A stretch of DNA of 63,747 nucleotides, filler included, from Octopus bimaculoides (lineage: Eukaryota): assembly GCF_001194135.2 (NCBI RefSeq). It is 9 parts of 8 records of this genome, joined end to end, with 100 filler letters (N's around TTAATTAATTAA, not from the genome) between each part and the next. Parts side by side here need not be neighbours in the genome. Positions count along the whole stretch, not along the records: positions 1 to 7,131 come from NC_068983.1; positions 7,232 to 17,525 come from NC_068995.1; 7 more parts are not named here. The stretch is one strand, 5' to 3'. A program made the position numbers and the translations under genes. The first letter of the stretch is position 1. Every line of letters starts with the position of its first letter. A model generated the notes under the pieces. The model was not told where the DNA came from and did not search any database. It saw only the letters and a list, made by a program, of their open reading frames with translations. This document shows positions 1 through 11,420 of the stretch, in pieces.

Positions 1-297
1 AGGGTCTTCGAGCGAGATCGTTGCCAGTGCCCCTGGACTGGCTTTTGTGCGGGTGGCACATAAAAGACACCATTTCGAGCGTGGCCGTTGCCAGTACCGC
101 CTGACTGGCCTTCGTGCGGGTGACACGTAAAAGCACCCACTACACTCTCTGAGTGGTTGGAGTTAGGAAGGGCATCCAGCTGTAGAAACTCTGCCAAATT
201 AGATTGGAGCCTGGTGTTTCACCAGTCCTCAGTCAAATCGTCCAACCCATGCAAGCATGGAAGGCGGACGTTAAACGATGATGATGATGATGATGAT
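1..297 (+). mobile_element. RTE-type LINE 3' UTR (or RTE-tailed SINE), truncated by window edge, (GAT)n tail
   Basis: Colinear with 13728-14036, which directly follows an RTE ORF C-terminus; two ~70-bp internal units; ends in (GAT)7. Confidence 0.85.
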
Positions 298-779
298 TTG
301 CATTTGTATTGGTTGTTAACGCTAATCCATTTATTTTCAGGTGCTTATTTTCCTTCCTTCTGTCTTTTTTTTTTCTTTAGTATTTCTCTCGTGCCATTCT
401 TCAAAATATCCAAAGAATATTGAATAATGATGTTTTTCTCTTTTATATTTTCAAAACAAGCATTCATAAAATAATGTCTATAAGAAAACAGCTGTGAGAA
501 AATGTGTTGATTGAATGCAATAAAATAAGATTTCTTTATTATTCATTCGTATTATATAATGTGTTAAATAATTTGAATTTTTGGCTTGTTAAATTGCAAA
601 AGTTAATTGCAAAAACATGAATAGAATACATATAAACAGAGGATACATTGAGGGAACTTCTATGCAGTTGGTCAACCTGCTAGAAATAGAAGCTAAATCT
701 CCTTCAAATTATACAGTATCATTTCAAAGAGTTGAAAGATATACTGGGTGATTATATAATCTAATATATATTAGCCTAA

Positions 780-1011
780 GGCTGCGAGCTGGCAGAAACG
801 TTAGCACGCCGGGTGAAATGCTTAGCGGTATTTCGCCTGCCGTTATGTTCTGAGTTCAAATTCCGCTGAGGTTGACTTTACTTTTCAACCTTTCGAGGTC
901 GATAAATTAAGCACCAGTTATGCACTGGGGTCGATGTAATTGACTTAATCCCTTTGTCTGTCTTTGTTTGTCCCCTCTATGTTTAGCCCCTTGTGGTCAA
1001 TAAAAAAAAAA
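780..1011 (+). mobile_element. tRNA-derived SINE, family 'B' (window label)
   Basis: Head GAGCTGGCAGAAACGTTAGC, B-box-like GAGTTCAAATTCC, body shared with more than 10 other copies in the window, A-rich tail. Confidence 0.8.
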
Positions 1012-1018
1012 TGATATG

Positions 1019-1207
1019 TTAGCATACCAGGTGAAATGCTTAGCGCTATTTTGTCTGTTTTTACATTCTGAGTTCAAATTCCACTGAAGTCGATTTTGCC
1101 TTTCATCCTTTCAGGGGTCGATACCTTAAGTAGCAGTTGTGTAGTGGGGTCGATCTAATCAACTGGCCCCTTTCCCCAAAATTTCGAGATTTGTGCCTAG
1201 AGTAGAA
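1019..1207 (+). mobile_element. SINE family B, 5'-truncated
   Basis: Same B-box (GAGTTCAAATTCC) and GCCTTTCATCCTTTC..GGTCGAT body as 780-1011. Confidence 0.75.
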
Positions 1208-1234
1208 TATATATATTAGCCTAGAAAAAGAAAC

Positions 1235-1406
1235 AGGCGTAGGAGTGGCTGTGTGGTAAGTAGCTTGCTTACCAACCACATGATTCCGGGTTCAGTCCCA
1301 CTGTGTGATACCTTGGGCAAGTGTCTTCTACTATAGCTTCGGGCCGACCAAAGCTTTGTGAGTGGATTTGGTAGACAGAAACTGAAAGAAGTCCGTCGTA
1401 TATATG

Positions 1407-1437
<31 letters not shown>

Positions 1438-1653
1438 TTGTGTGTCTGTGTTTGTCCCCCCAACATCGCTTAACAACCGATGTTAGTGTGTTTACGTCCC
1501 CATAACTTAGCAGTTCGGCAAAAGAGACCGATAGAATAAGTACTAGGCTTAGAAAGAATAAGTCCTGGGGTTGATTTGCTCGACTAAAGGCAGTGCTCCA
1601 GCATGGCCACAGTCAAATGACTGAAACAAGTAAAAGAGTAAAAGAGTAAAGAG
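1235..1653 (+). mobile_element. tRNA-derived SINE, family 'A', full length, with internal (TA)/(TG) microsatellite
   Basis: A-box-like TGGCTGTGTGGT, B-box-like GGTTCAGTCCC, CCTTGGGCAAGTGTCT post-tRNA motif, tail CCAGCATGGCCACAGTCAAATGACTGAAACAAG(TAAAAGAG)n; colinear with 59452-59915. Confidence 0.85.
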
Positions 1654-1685
1654 AACAAAATCAGGGTGGTCATGATGAGAATGGC

Positions 1686-2128
1686 TTTGATTATAAGTTG
1701 CTTGGTCAAGATGTTTGCTTTCCAGTCACATGGTTTCATGTTCCGTACCACTGTGTGGCACCATGGGTGAGTGCCTTCTACAATAGTTCTGAGCTGCAAA
1801 TGCCATGTGCATGGATTTGGTAGATGTACATGTATATATATGTATGTATATGTAAATGTGTATGTATATGTGTGTAGATGTATATTGAAGTAAGTATATG
1901 TATACGTATGTATGTATGTATGTATGTATGTATGTGCAGATCACTGTAAAAATCATATCAAAGCAGATAGAACTTGGTGCAATCCCCAGGTTTGCCAGCT
2001 CCTGTCGAACTGTCCAACTCATGCCAACATGGAAGACAGATGTTGAGTGATGATGATGATGGTGATGATGATGATGGTGATGATGATGACAACGACGACG
2101 GTAATGATGATGACAACGATGATGTAAG

Positions 2129-2160
<32 letters not shown>

Positions 2161-2360
2161 TGTATGCACATGTCTTCATGCTTGTCCCCTCACTGATTGA
2201 CAATTGATGTTGGTTTGTTTACATCCCTATAACTTAGTATTTCAGCACAAGAGACTAAGTACTTGATAGACTAAGTACTTGGATCAAATCGTTTCTGCTA
2301 AACTCTTCAAGGCAATGCCCCAGCATGGCCACAATACAATGACTGAAACAATTAAAAAAA
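1686..2360 (+). mobile_element. Degenerate SINE family A carrying an RTE 3'-tail insertion (about 1960-2125)
   Basis: Diverged head and tail match 1235-1653; the internal piece matches the RTE tail (CCAACTCATGCCAACATGG...(GAT)n). Confidence 0.65.
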
Positions 2361-3154
2361 TAGAATCAAAGAACAGAACAGCTCAGAGAAGTCTGACCAA
2401 GGACTGAGCAGCTGCCCCCCCCCCACCACAATCACCACCACCACCATCACCACCACCNNNNNNNNNNGATAATATAAATAAGCAAAAAAGAAAGTAAGAA
2501 AAACAGAATACTTTTGTTGTTGTTTTTGGTCTTTGTTCTGTTTTTTTTTTTTTGTTGCTGTTGTTGCTTTGGGCTGTTGTTTTGTTTTGGTTATTTTTGT
2601 TTTTTTAAGTATATACATCATATTTAGAAGATCCATTTTTATATTCCTGATTTCTTTTGGCAATAATGATAGGTTCAATGAGACATCAAAGAAAAGCAGT
2701 GGCAAAAATCAGTCACCCATGCAATCGACACCAAAAGATTATTTCTACTTAGTTTCCAGCTCATTGACTTCATATCTTACCCCTCACACCTCAGTTATAC
2801 TTCCTACATATTTTTTCATCTTCTCTTTCTTTACCTCCTACTAATCTTACTTCTGCTCGTCTCCTACTTTCTTATTATTTATTCCGTTATTAGACCATCT
2901 TTCCATATTCTTTCCTCCTTCTCTAATGCCAAGAATTCTGTCTCACATGTTAGAGATATTATTCTTCTCCTTCGTGGCAACCTAACATATCATATTCGCA
3001 GCTCTCCATTTTTTCTCTTTTGAATTTTGCCAATGTACGGCATCATAACCTCTTCAAATTTTTCTGCTTATATTCAATAACTCAAATGTTCTGATATGAA
3101 AGCTCAAACAACAAACAGAAATAAATAAATAAAAATAAATAAAAAGAAGATACC

Positions 3155-3188
<34 letters not shown>

Positions 3189-3397
3189 CTAGGAAGTGAT
3201 AAAAAAATAAATAAGCCATTTTGCTGCCCTGCTGTCTCCTATTTCTTGTTGCCAAACACATTTAGCCATGACAACAGTTCTCACATATCCAACCTTTCTA
3301 TATCTCAGACTTTCTTTTGGTGCTTATTGGTGCTACAGAAAAACAACAACAGCAACAACAAAATTGACAATAAAAATTATTTCTACTCAAAGCACAA

Positions 3398-3590
3398 GCC
3401 CTTGAAAATTTGGTGGGGAAGAGAACTAGTCGGTTACATCGACCCCAGTGGGTAACTGGTACTTATTTTATCGATCCTGAAAGGATGAAAGGCATAGTTG
3501 ACCTTAGTGGAATTTGAACTCAGAACATAACAGCAGACAAAATACCGCTAAGCATTTTGCCCAGCATGCTAACGATTCTGCCAGCTTGCT
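3398..3590 (-). mobile_element. SINE family B
   Basis: Reverse complement of the family B body and head (GAATTTGAACTCAGAAC...GCTAACGATTCTGCCAGCT). Confidence 0.75.
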
Positions 3591-3639
3591 TCCCTAAAAA
3601 GAACAATAATAATGGTTATTAATATAGGTACAGGGTCTA

Positions 3640-3855
3640 AAGCGCTGAGTTGGTAGAATCACTGGCACACCGGGCAAAATGCTAAGTGGCATTTCATTTG
3701 CCTTTACGTTTTGAGTTCAAACTCAACAGAGGTCAGCTTTGCTTTTTGTCTTTTAAGGATTGATAGAATATGTACCAGATGAACACTGGGGTTGGTGTGA
3801 TTGATTTAATCCTTCCTTGAAAATTACCAACCTTGTGGAAAAATTTGGAGCCAAT
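3640..3855 (+). mobile_element. SINE family B
   Basis: Head GAGTTGGTAGAATC, GAGTTCAAA box and family body. Confidence 0.7.
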
Positions 3856-3875
3856 ATAGGCACATGGTATAAGGC

Positions 3876-4365
3876 AGGGAGCTGGCAGATTCACTAGTGT
3901 GTTGGGCAAAATTCTAAACAGTATTTCGTCCATCTTTACATTCTGTGTTCAAATTCTGTCAAAGTTGACTCTGCCTTTCATCCTTTCAGGGTCACTAAAA
4001 TAAGTACCGGTTGCAAACTGGTGCCAAAGTAATCAATTTACTCCATCCTTGAAATCAGGACTGTGGAGTCAAAACAAAAAACTTTGACTCTGACTCCTCA
4101 ATGTAATTGATTGTGGTCTACATATCTCATAAAGCATATGCATACGCTTGTACTTTGAGTAGGCCTATATGTTATAACTGGTTTACATTAAAGAATAAAG
4201 ATATTGTGAGTCAGAGTCGGAGTCAATATAGTTTTACCGACTCCGACTTCAACTCCAGCTACTCTTTAATTGTTTCTGACTCTGACTCCAACTCCATGAC
4301 TCCGACTTCAACTCCACAGCCCTGCTCGAAATTTCTGGCCTTGCACCAAAATTTGAAGCCAATGT
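3876..4365 (+). mobile_element. SINE family B interrupted by a hAT MITE
   Basis: Head GAGCTGGCAGATT; the tail resumes at 4333 (TTCTGGCCTTGCACCAAAATTTGAAGCC) after the MITE. Confidence 0.7.
4056..4324. mobile_element. hAT-type MITE (269 bp)
   Basis: TIRs CAGGACTGTGGAGTC / ACTCCACAGCCCTG, subterminal GACTCC repeats, 8-bp TSD CTTGAAAT (4048-4055) / CTCGAAAT (4325-4332). Confidence 0.85.
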
Positions 4366-4404
4366 AAGCACATGGTCATACAATTTAATGGAAAGAATAG
4401 TGTG

Positions 4405-4790
4405 ATTTATATCAATTCCAGTACATGACTGGTACATATTTTATCAACCTTGAAAAGATGAAAGGCAAAGTCAACCACAGCGGGATTTCGATTCTGAATG
4501 TAACAGGACACAGCCAAATATGTCAAGTTATTTTGCTCAGCACTCTGATAAGTCTGCCAATCTTTAATAATAGTTTCAAATTTTGGCACAGAGCCAGCAA
4601 TTTTGGCTCAAGGCCAGTAATTACATCGACCCTAGTACTCAACTGGTGGTTATTTTATATTGACCTTAAAAGGGTGAAAGGCAAAGTTGGCTTTAGCAGA
4701 ATTTTAACTCAGAATCAAAAGATAAACAAAATGACACAAAGCATTTTGTCCGGCATGCTAACGATTCTGCCAGTTTGCTGGCTTCTGGTA
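4405..4790 (-). mobile_element. Two tandem minus-strand SINE family B copies (about 4405-4562 and 4572-4790)
   Basis: Each has the reverse-complement body AAAG..GAAAGGCAAAGT and a head remnant. Confidence 0.7.
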
Positions 4791-4914
4791 ATCTTTGATA
4801 TTAATTAGTGTGAATGAAGTATCTTACAAGCACATCACCCAAGTAAAGGCTTTCAACAGCCTGTTAGATCAACTACAGTAGGCCGGTGACTAAATAACAG
4901 GGAAGCTTTATTGT

Positions 4915-5143
4915 TTAGCACTTTCGACACCAATCTGTTTGAGACTGCCTTTGCCTGTATGATACAAACTTGCTGTTTTGAAGTGATCTAACTTAAAACC
5001 TTCCATCAAAATTTCATATTACTTTATGCTCCAAATACCAGTTAATAGTGACAAAGTTAATTTATTAAATTCCTCATTATTTTTCAAACTAATTGAAATA
5101 AAAACATTGTATTTCAACAGATATATGATAATAAAAGAATTAA
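4915..5143. mobile_element. Degenerate MITE, possibly piggyBac-like
   Basis: Colinear with 5213-5443; ends resemble TTAA-CCCTTT...AAAGGG-TTAA but are decayed. Confidence 0.5.
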
Positions 5144-5212
5144 TACAAGGTTCTTGTCAGCTTTGGTTAATCTGAGAGGCTTTAGTCAGTAGTAATTCAG
5201 GTCTTGGCTAAC

Positions 5213-5443
5213 TTAACTCTTTTGATACCAACCAGCTTGAGAATGCTCCTGGTTCTATGACACAAATTTTCCTTTTGAAAGTGTTATCAATTAAAACCTT
5301 TCATTAAAATTTCATGTTAATTTATGCTCAAAAAAAAAACCCAGCTTAGTAATTAGCTATTTTGTTAAATTCTTCATCCTTTTCCCAATTAATTAAAACA
5401 AAGACAGTGTATTTCAACAGAAATATGGAAACAAAATATTTAA
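5213..5443. mobile_element. Second copy of the same degenerate MITE
   Basis: TTAACTCTTTT start; shares TTAAAACCTT..AAAATTTCAT and GTATTTCAACAG..ATATG with 4915-5143. Confidence 0.5.
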
Positions 5444-5538
5444 ATCTACAAAAACATTTGTGAACAAGTCTGACAAATAAATTGTAAATGGAGTATAAGA
5501 TGACATGTAAAAAGTGAGAAAATTACAAGAAGTAATTA

Positions 5539-5622
5539 AGTGGCTGTGTGGTAAGAAGCTTGCTTCCCATCTAAATGATTTGGGGCTCTGTCCCTCTACA
5601 TAGCACCTTGGGCAAGTGTCTA
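5539..5622 (+). mobile_element. SINE family A head fragment
   Basis: AGTGGCTGTGTGGTAAGAAGCTTGCTTCCCA...CACCTTGGGCAAGTGTC. Confidence 0.7.
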
Positions 5623-5627
5623 CCTTG

Positions 5628-6235
5628 CTGGATGCACTTCCTAATGCTAAGAGTGTAACGGGTGCTTTCATGTGCCATTGGCACAGGTCCCATTTGCGTA
5701 ACACCAGTATTTGCCATGACTATGATTCTACTTGGTTTGATGGATCCCTTTCTCAAGCACGACATAATGCCAAAGGTTTCGGTCATTGCCTCTGTGAGGC
5801 CCAACACTCGAAAGGGGTTTTTCACATGCCACCAGCATCAACCACTTTGCCATGCTACCAGCATGGGTGCCAGTTATGTGACACCAGCAATAGCCACAAC
5901 TATGATTTCACTTGGCTTGACAAGTCTTCTCAAGCACAGCATATCGCTAAAGATCTCAATCACTAGTCATTGTCTCTGTGAGGCCCAAAGTTTGAAGATC
6001 ATGCTTCACCAACTTGTCCCATGTCTTCCTGGATCTACCTCTACCACAGGTTCCATTCATAGTTAGAGATCAGCCCTTCTTTACACAGCTGTCCTCATCC
6101 ATATGCATCACATGACCATATCAGTGCAGTCATCACATGACCATATCAGTGCAGTCATCTCTCTTGCACACCACATCTGATGCCTCTGTGAGGCCCAACT
6201 TTTCTCTCAAGATGCTTACACTCTGTCAAACATGC
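5628..6235 (-). mobile_element. Degenerate RTE LINE 3' end with internal duplications
   Basis: Minus strand encodes relics of RLxWYGHV and LGLTEAMT as in 13239-13480; the CTCTGTGAGGCCCA unit occurs three times. Confidence 0.7.
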
Positions 6236-6344
6236 ACACTGACATTGCACATACCAGTCTTGCACTAAAGCCAATGCAGTTGACTAGCCCCTCCCCTCAA
6301 ATTTCAGGCCTTGTGCCTATGTTAAAAAAGAATTATTATCATAA

Positions 6345-6565
6345 AAGCAGCAAGTTGGCTGGATCCTTACCATATCAGACAAAATGTTTAGCAGCATTTC
6401 TTCTGGTTCTTAATGTTCTGAGTTCAAATCCCATCATGGTCAACTTAGCATTTTATCCTTTCGAGCTCAATAAAAGAAAAGTACCAGCTGAGTATTGGGG
6501 GTCAAAGCAATCAACAATCACCGTTATCTAAAATTACAGGTGTTGTGCCAGAATTTGGAATCATT
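6345..6565 (+). mobile_element. SINE family B, degenerate
   Basis: GTTCTGAGTTCAAATCCC box and family body. Confidence 0.6.
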
Positions 6566-6829
6566 ATTAATGTTGTCCTGTTTTGTTTCCTCTTTTTTAA
6601 ATTTCACAGACGGAAAAGACAAAGTGACCCCACCATAGTTGCTAGATGGTGGAGTGATGCTACAGGAAAGTAGGGAGAAGGGTAGCTTCTTGGCCCTTCA
6701 CATCCTGGTCAGTAGTTTCCTTTAACATTGGGTTTTTGTTGTCAGCTCTTGGAACTCAAGAAGAGACGTTTTCTGTCGATTCTCAAGACATGACTAGCAA
6801 CACCCGGAAAACACTAGCTTCTATGGCCT

Positions 6830-7131
6830 GTTGTTGTTGTTGTTGATGTTGTTGTAATTGTTGCTACTGCTGCCGCTGCTGTTATTGATGATGATGTGGT
6901 TGTTCTTGTTGCTGTTGTTGCTGTTGTTGTTACTGCTGCTGTTGTTGTTGTTGATCTTCTTCTTTTTTCTCCTCCTCCTCCTCTTCTTCTTCTTCTTCTT
7001 CTTCTTCTTCTTCTCCTCCTCCTTCTCCTCCTTCTCTTCCTCTTCTCCTCCTCCTCCTCCTCCTCTTCTCCTCCTCCTCCTCTTCTTCTTCTCCTCCTCC
7101 CCTCCTCCTCCTCTTCTCCTCCTCCCCTCCT
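6830..7131. repeat. Compound trinucleotide microsatellite (TTG/CTG, CTT, CTC) running into a gap
   Basis: Direct inspection. Confidence 0.95.
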
Positions 7132-7231
7132 NNNNNNNNNNNNNNNNNNNNNNNNNNNNNNNNNNNNNNNNNNNNTTAATTAATTAANNNNNNNNNNNNN
7201 NNNNNNNNNNNNNNNNNNNNNNNNNNNNNNN
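7132..7231. other. Assembly spacer N44-TTAATTAATTAA-N44; same 12-mer at 17570, 24430, 32831, 38849, 46737, 52096 and 62617
   Basis: The identical 12-mer, which has stops in all six frames, sits inside N runs eight times; counted 44+12+44 at this site. Confidence 0.95.
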
Positions 7232-7699
7232 ATTTTCTTTGTATTCAAATATATATGCATGTAGGTGTATGTAGTTTTTATGTAAGAGACCATGCATTTA
7301 TGCATGTTAGATAAGTGTGTTGATTTTATTGTTTACACTTTGTTTTGTCTCTGTTTTTTCCTACTTCTATTTAAAAATATCCGTTGGCCAGAACAGTTGT
7401 AGTTTCTTACACAGATAGACTCGAAAATACATTAACATGTTCCTGTTTCTCTTCTTTTTTCTCTTTTTTACAATTTATTTACAAATATCCAGTCAGCTTC
7501 TCCAACATAGCCGCTTTGTTTTTCCTTCTATTTTTTTTTTTTTTTTTTTGGTAAAACCTTTTTTGATGTTTTCCTTTAATTTTTTTTTATATTGAGGAGA
7601 ATGGTAATACATAACTATTTTTATTATTATTATTATCATAATTAAAGTTTTTTCTTACATGTTTTTATTACCACTTGAAACGGTCGTATGTGGATAATA

Positions 7700-8218
7700 A
7701 ACTTTGCTTGTGAAGACATATTGAGGCAAGTGTAAGCGAATCAAAATCACTGACGTGGCCAATGACAATACCGTCTAACTGGCACTCATACCAGTGGAAC
7801 ATTAAAGGCACATCCGAGCATGATCGTTGCCAGGGTACGGATTGGTTCCCGTGCCGGTGACACATGAAAAGCACCATTCGAGCATCATTGTTGCCAGCAT
7901 CGCCTTACCGGCACATGAACAACAACATTCAAGCATGGTCGTTGCCAGTGCCACTGGACTGGCTCCTGTGCAGGTAGCACGTAAAAAACACCTTCTGAGC
8001 GTGGTCAATGCCAGAACCACCTGACTGGCCTTCGTGCCAGTGGCATGTAAAAGCACCCACTACACTCTTGGAATGGTTGGTGTTAGGAAGGGCATCCAGC
8101 TGCAGAAACTTTGCCAGATCAGATTGAGTGTGGTGCAGCCTCAGGCTCACCAGTCCTCAGTCAAACTATCTAACCCATGCCAGCATGGAAAGCGGATGTT
8201 AAACAATGATGATGAACA
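7700..8218 (+). mobile_element. RTE 3' UTR-derived element with 4-5 internal ~70-bp units
   Basis: Colinear with 13560-14036; ends ...CCCATGCCAGCATGGAAAGCGGATGTTAAAC(AAT/GAT)n. Confidence 0.8.
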
Positions 8219-8527
8219 TCTCTTCTCCATTTTCCTAATTGTTGGTAGTGTTTTATATAAGATTTTATCTTATACATGCCTATAACAAACTTTTTACTCT
8301 TATGTGTGTGTGTATATGCATGTCTTTATCTGTATATATCTATGTGTATGTAACTGCATATATGTATGTGTATATATATATCCATCTATATATGTATGCG
8401 CTTGTAGATATGTCTCTACATGTTTACTTTAATGTGTTTGTAAGTGTATTTATATATATCCCAACATGCTTATACATGTATTAAATTATTTATAATTTTC
8501 TGCATGTGAACGAGTATATTAGTATCG

Positions 8528-8561
<34 letters not shown>

Positions 8562-8671
8562 NNNNNNNNNNNNNNNNNNNNNNNNNNNNNNNNNNNNNNN
8601 NNNNNNNNNNNNNNNNNNNNNNNNNNNNNNNNNNNNNNNNNNNNNNNNNNNNNNNNNNNNNTCTCTCTCTC

Positions 8672-9314
8672 TCTCTCGCGCGCGCTTTTTCTGTTAATCA
8701 CTCACACATTCACTCACTACAAAAACTGAATGGAATTTCAGTTATCGCTCTCTCCCTTTCTTTCTCTCTCTCTCATATACACACACCATCAACATTACTC
8801 TCTCAGTTTCTTCACACACACTAACAAAAGCAACTTATATACACACTACACTTTCTGTCTCACACACCCCCATCAAACACACACACACACACGCACGTAC
8901 ATCAATTCTTTCGTCTCACGCCAACTTCAAAAGAATTCCACTCATACAACTGCACTCTCTCTGTCTCTTTCACGCCGACTTCAAAAGATCCCCTTTCACC
9001 CCAACCACATATTACCAAAATATTTTCACTTGTCCGGGCATTGCTATTATAGACAAATTCACAACAATTCGACTCGAGAGATAAACACAAACCACCTCGT
9101 GCAGACTGCAAATCTCCCGCCAAATTAGCTGCAAAAACACACACATCCATTTCATATATCTACTTTCACTTTCTGCTCTCTGATTAGACAGACGTCCAAT
9201 ACAATAGCTCTCAGCCACATTTTCTTCTCTAAAAAGGTACATGTCTATGCCTAACCGAAAACGATCACAGCCACATCATCCAAACAGAGCGGTTGAAACC
9301 AGGCTTAGCTGCTA

Positions 9315-9315
<1 letters not shown>
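8672..9315 (+). mobile_element. Possible non-autonomous Helitron 3' part
   Basis: Ends CTGCTAG followed by T in a (TA)n tract, like the two clear Helitrons; terminal hairpin is weak and the 5' end is lost in a gap. Confidence 0.4.
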
Positions 9316-9362
<47 letters not shown>

Positions 9363-9798
9363 GAAATATTAAGGAGACTTCAAATAGGTTCAACAATTTA
9401 TAAAAACATATATTGTGCCATGGATCAAAGTTTATCAGTTTTTAAAATATAGAAATGTATCAATCATTAAAATATATTAAAAATCTATGAATACACAAAT
9501 ATATAAGACAATTTAATATACATACATAAATAGACAAATGAGATTAAGTTATAAAAGTGTAGATGTATAAAAGTATAGCTGTATAAAGATATATATGGAG
9601 ACATTTAGAATTACACTTGCATTAAGAGGCGTTGCAAAAAATATTTAAAAATAAATATGCCCTTATGAGAAGTTGAATAAAGTCTTATGAAAAGAGCAAA
9701 TAAAGAAAAATCATATTGTTGAAATTAGATTTTTCAGAAAATATATGTAATTAATCCAAGAAAATAGGCAATCCTGTTTAGATAAACTGTTAGTCGTA

Positions 9799-9892
9799 GT
9801 CCTCTTATGGCTGATTCAGGGGCACAGTAATCCATTGATTCTAAGGGTATTTTCACTCCAAAATTGGATACTGCCTCCTTCATCAGAGACAG
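9799..9892 (-). ncRNA. Degenerate hammerhead ribozyme motif with long stem II
   Basis: Minus strand: GTCT-CTGATGA-[AGGAGGCAGTATCCA...TGGATTACTGTGCCCCT, 62 nt]-GAATC-AGCCAT-A-AGAG; GAAAC and stem III are mutated. Confidence 0.55.
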
Positions 9893-10180
9893 TATAGTAT
9901 TCAGGATTCATATTTTGTACAATGTTGTAATAGGTAGATGAGATTTAGTTATATACGGAGGGGCATTTATTAACAGGAAGAGGAAGTGTAATAGGAATTA
10001 TGGGAAATACAATTTAGAAAATGTTTTAAATGTTGAGCGGTATTTATGGTTACAGGAATACATAACATCCGAGAACTTATTTAATGATGTAGAGTCATAT
10101 TGAGGAAAAATATTCATGGACTCTCTAATACACAATTTACATACACGTATTGTGTGAGGGGGAAGGGACTTCTTCTGTTA

Positions 10181-10459
10181 CAGTTTCTTACAGCTGTTTC
10201 AGTCAAGAGGTTATAGTACCCCACTTTACTTCCATCCCTTCAGTGAACTGAAGTATTTGGTAGATAAGATTAAGGTACTTGGGTGTGTCTCTGGGCTTTG
10301 TCAGAGAGTTTAGAAAGTTCATACAAAAGAATCAATTATTATTATGATTATTATTATGTGTATTATATTATTCTTATTATATAAAGTATAAACAGAGGAA
10401 AGGGAAAATTATCAAAAGAGAAGAAATATGTATATACCTATGGGTATGTTTTTACGTAA

Positions 10460-10497
<38 letters not shown>

Positions 10498-10906
10498 TCC
10501 TCATTTATATACCTTTTCATTCCTACATAACTACAATAAGCTTAAGATAGATTGATTATTTAAATTCCACTATTATTTCTCTTTTAATGACTTTCTCCTA
10601 CCTCTGTTTATACTTTATCTAATAAGAAAAATATAATATACCTAATAATAATAATACTTGATTCCTTTGTATGCATATACATATATATATAAATGTTTAG
10701 ATATGTATTTATGTACGTATATGTAAAAGTGTGCATATATGTATTTATATTTATAACTTAACCTTATGAACTTTCTAAACTCCCTGACGAAGCTCAGAGG
10801 CACACCCAAGTACCTTAATCTTATCTACCAAATACTTCAATGCACTGAAGGGATGGAAGTAAAGTACAGTACTATGACCTCTTGGTTGAAACAGCTGTAA
10901 GAAACT
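10181..10906. mobile_element. Inverted repeat pair (10181-10322 / 10766-10906), each arm a hammerhead-like motif; PLE inverted terminal repeat-like
   Basis: The arms are reverse complements. The right arm has CTGACGA (10784-10790), a 97-nt stem II closed by AGCTCAGAGG/CCTCTTGGTT, then GAAACAGCTGTA; the left arm has the core mutation CTGACAA. Confidence 0.7.
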
Positions 10907-11420
10907 ATTCTACTTTCTATGTTCTACATTATATATTTTAATAATTACTGGTATTTTTATATGTAAAACGTAATATGTTGGACATGTATGTATATTGTTA
11001 TAATTTTATTTTTTTTTAATTAAATAAATAGACATAATATGGCTAAAAGTTGATGAATACCACCTCTTGATCCCATCCATTTTCTTATTGCCATATAAAT
11101 AAAGGGCAAAACAACTCTTTAACCTCACCCATTTATTACATTCAGTAGTGTAATTGCTATGCAATGAAAAAACATTGTGTATCAATAATTGGGTATTCTA
11201 CCAGCAGTATATTGGATACATATTATCCCTTAGTTGGTTGGATTCACAACCTCTAACTCTCTTGGAATTATATATATATACACACACACACATATATATA
11301 TATTAGAGAAATGTACTTGCATAGCAAGTGACCTGATCTAAGATTGTGTGCAGGAACAAAAACAATTCTTAAATGGCTTATAAACACCTTCCATGCTGCA
11401 ATTATATATATATATATATA

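Noticed and set aside
1598-1640. SINE A tail hairpin CAGTC-AAAT-GACTG-AAACAAGTA resembling a hammerhead 3' half
   Set aside because: No CUGANGA upstream in any copy.
6605-6830. Candidate exon(s) after TTTCACAG or TTGTCAG
   Set aside because: Short open frames, no convincing donor, no recognisable protein.
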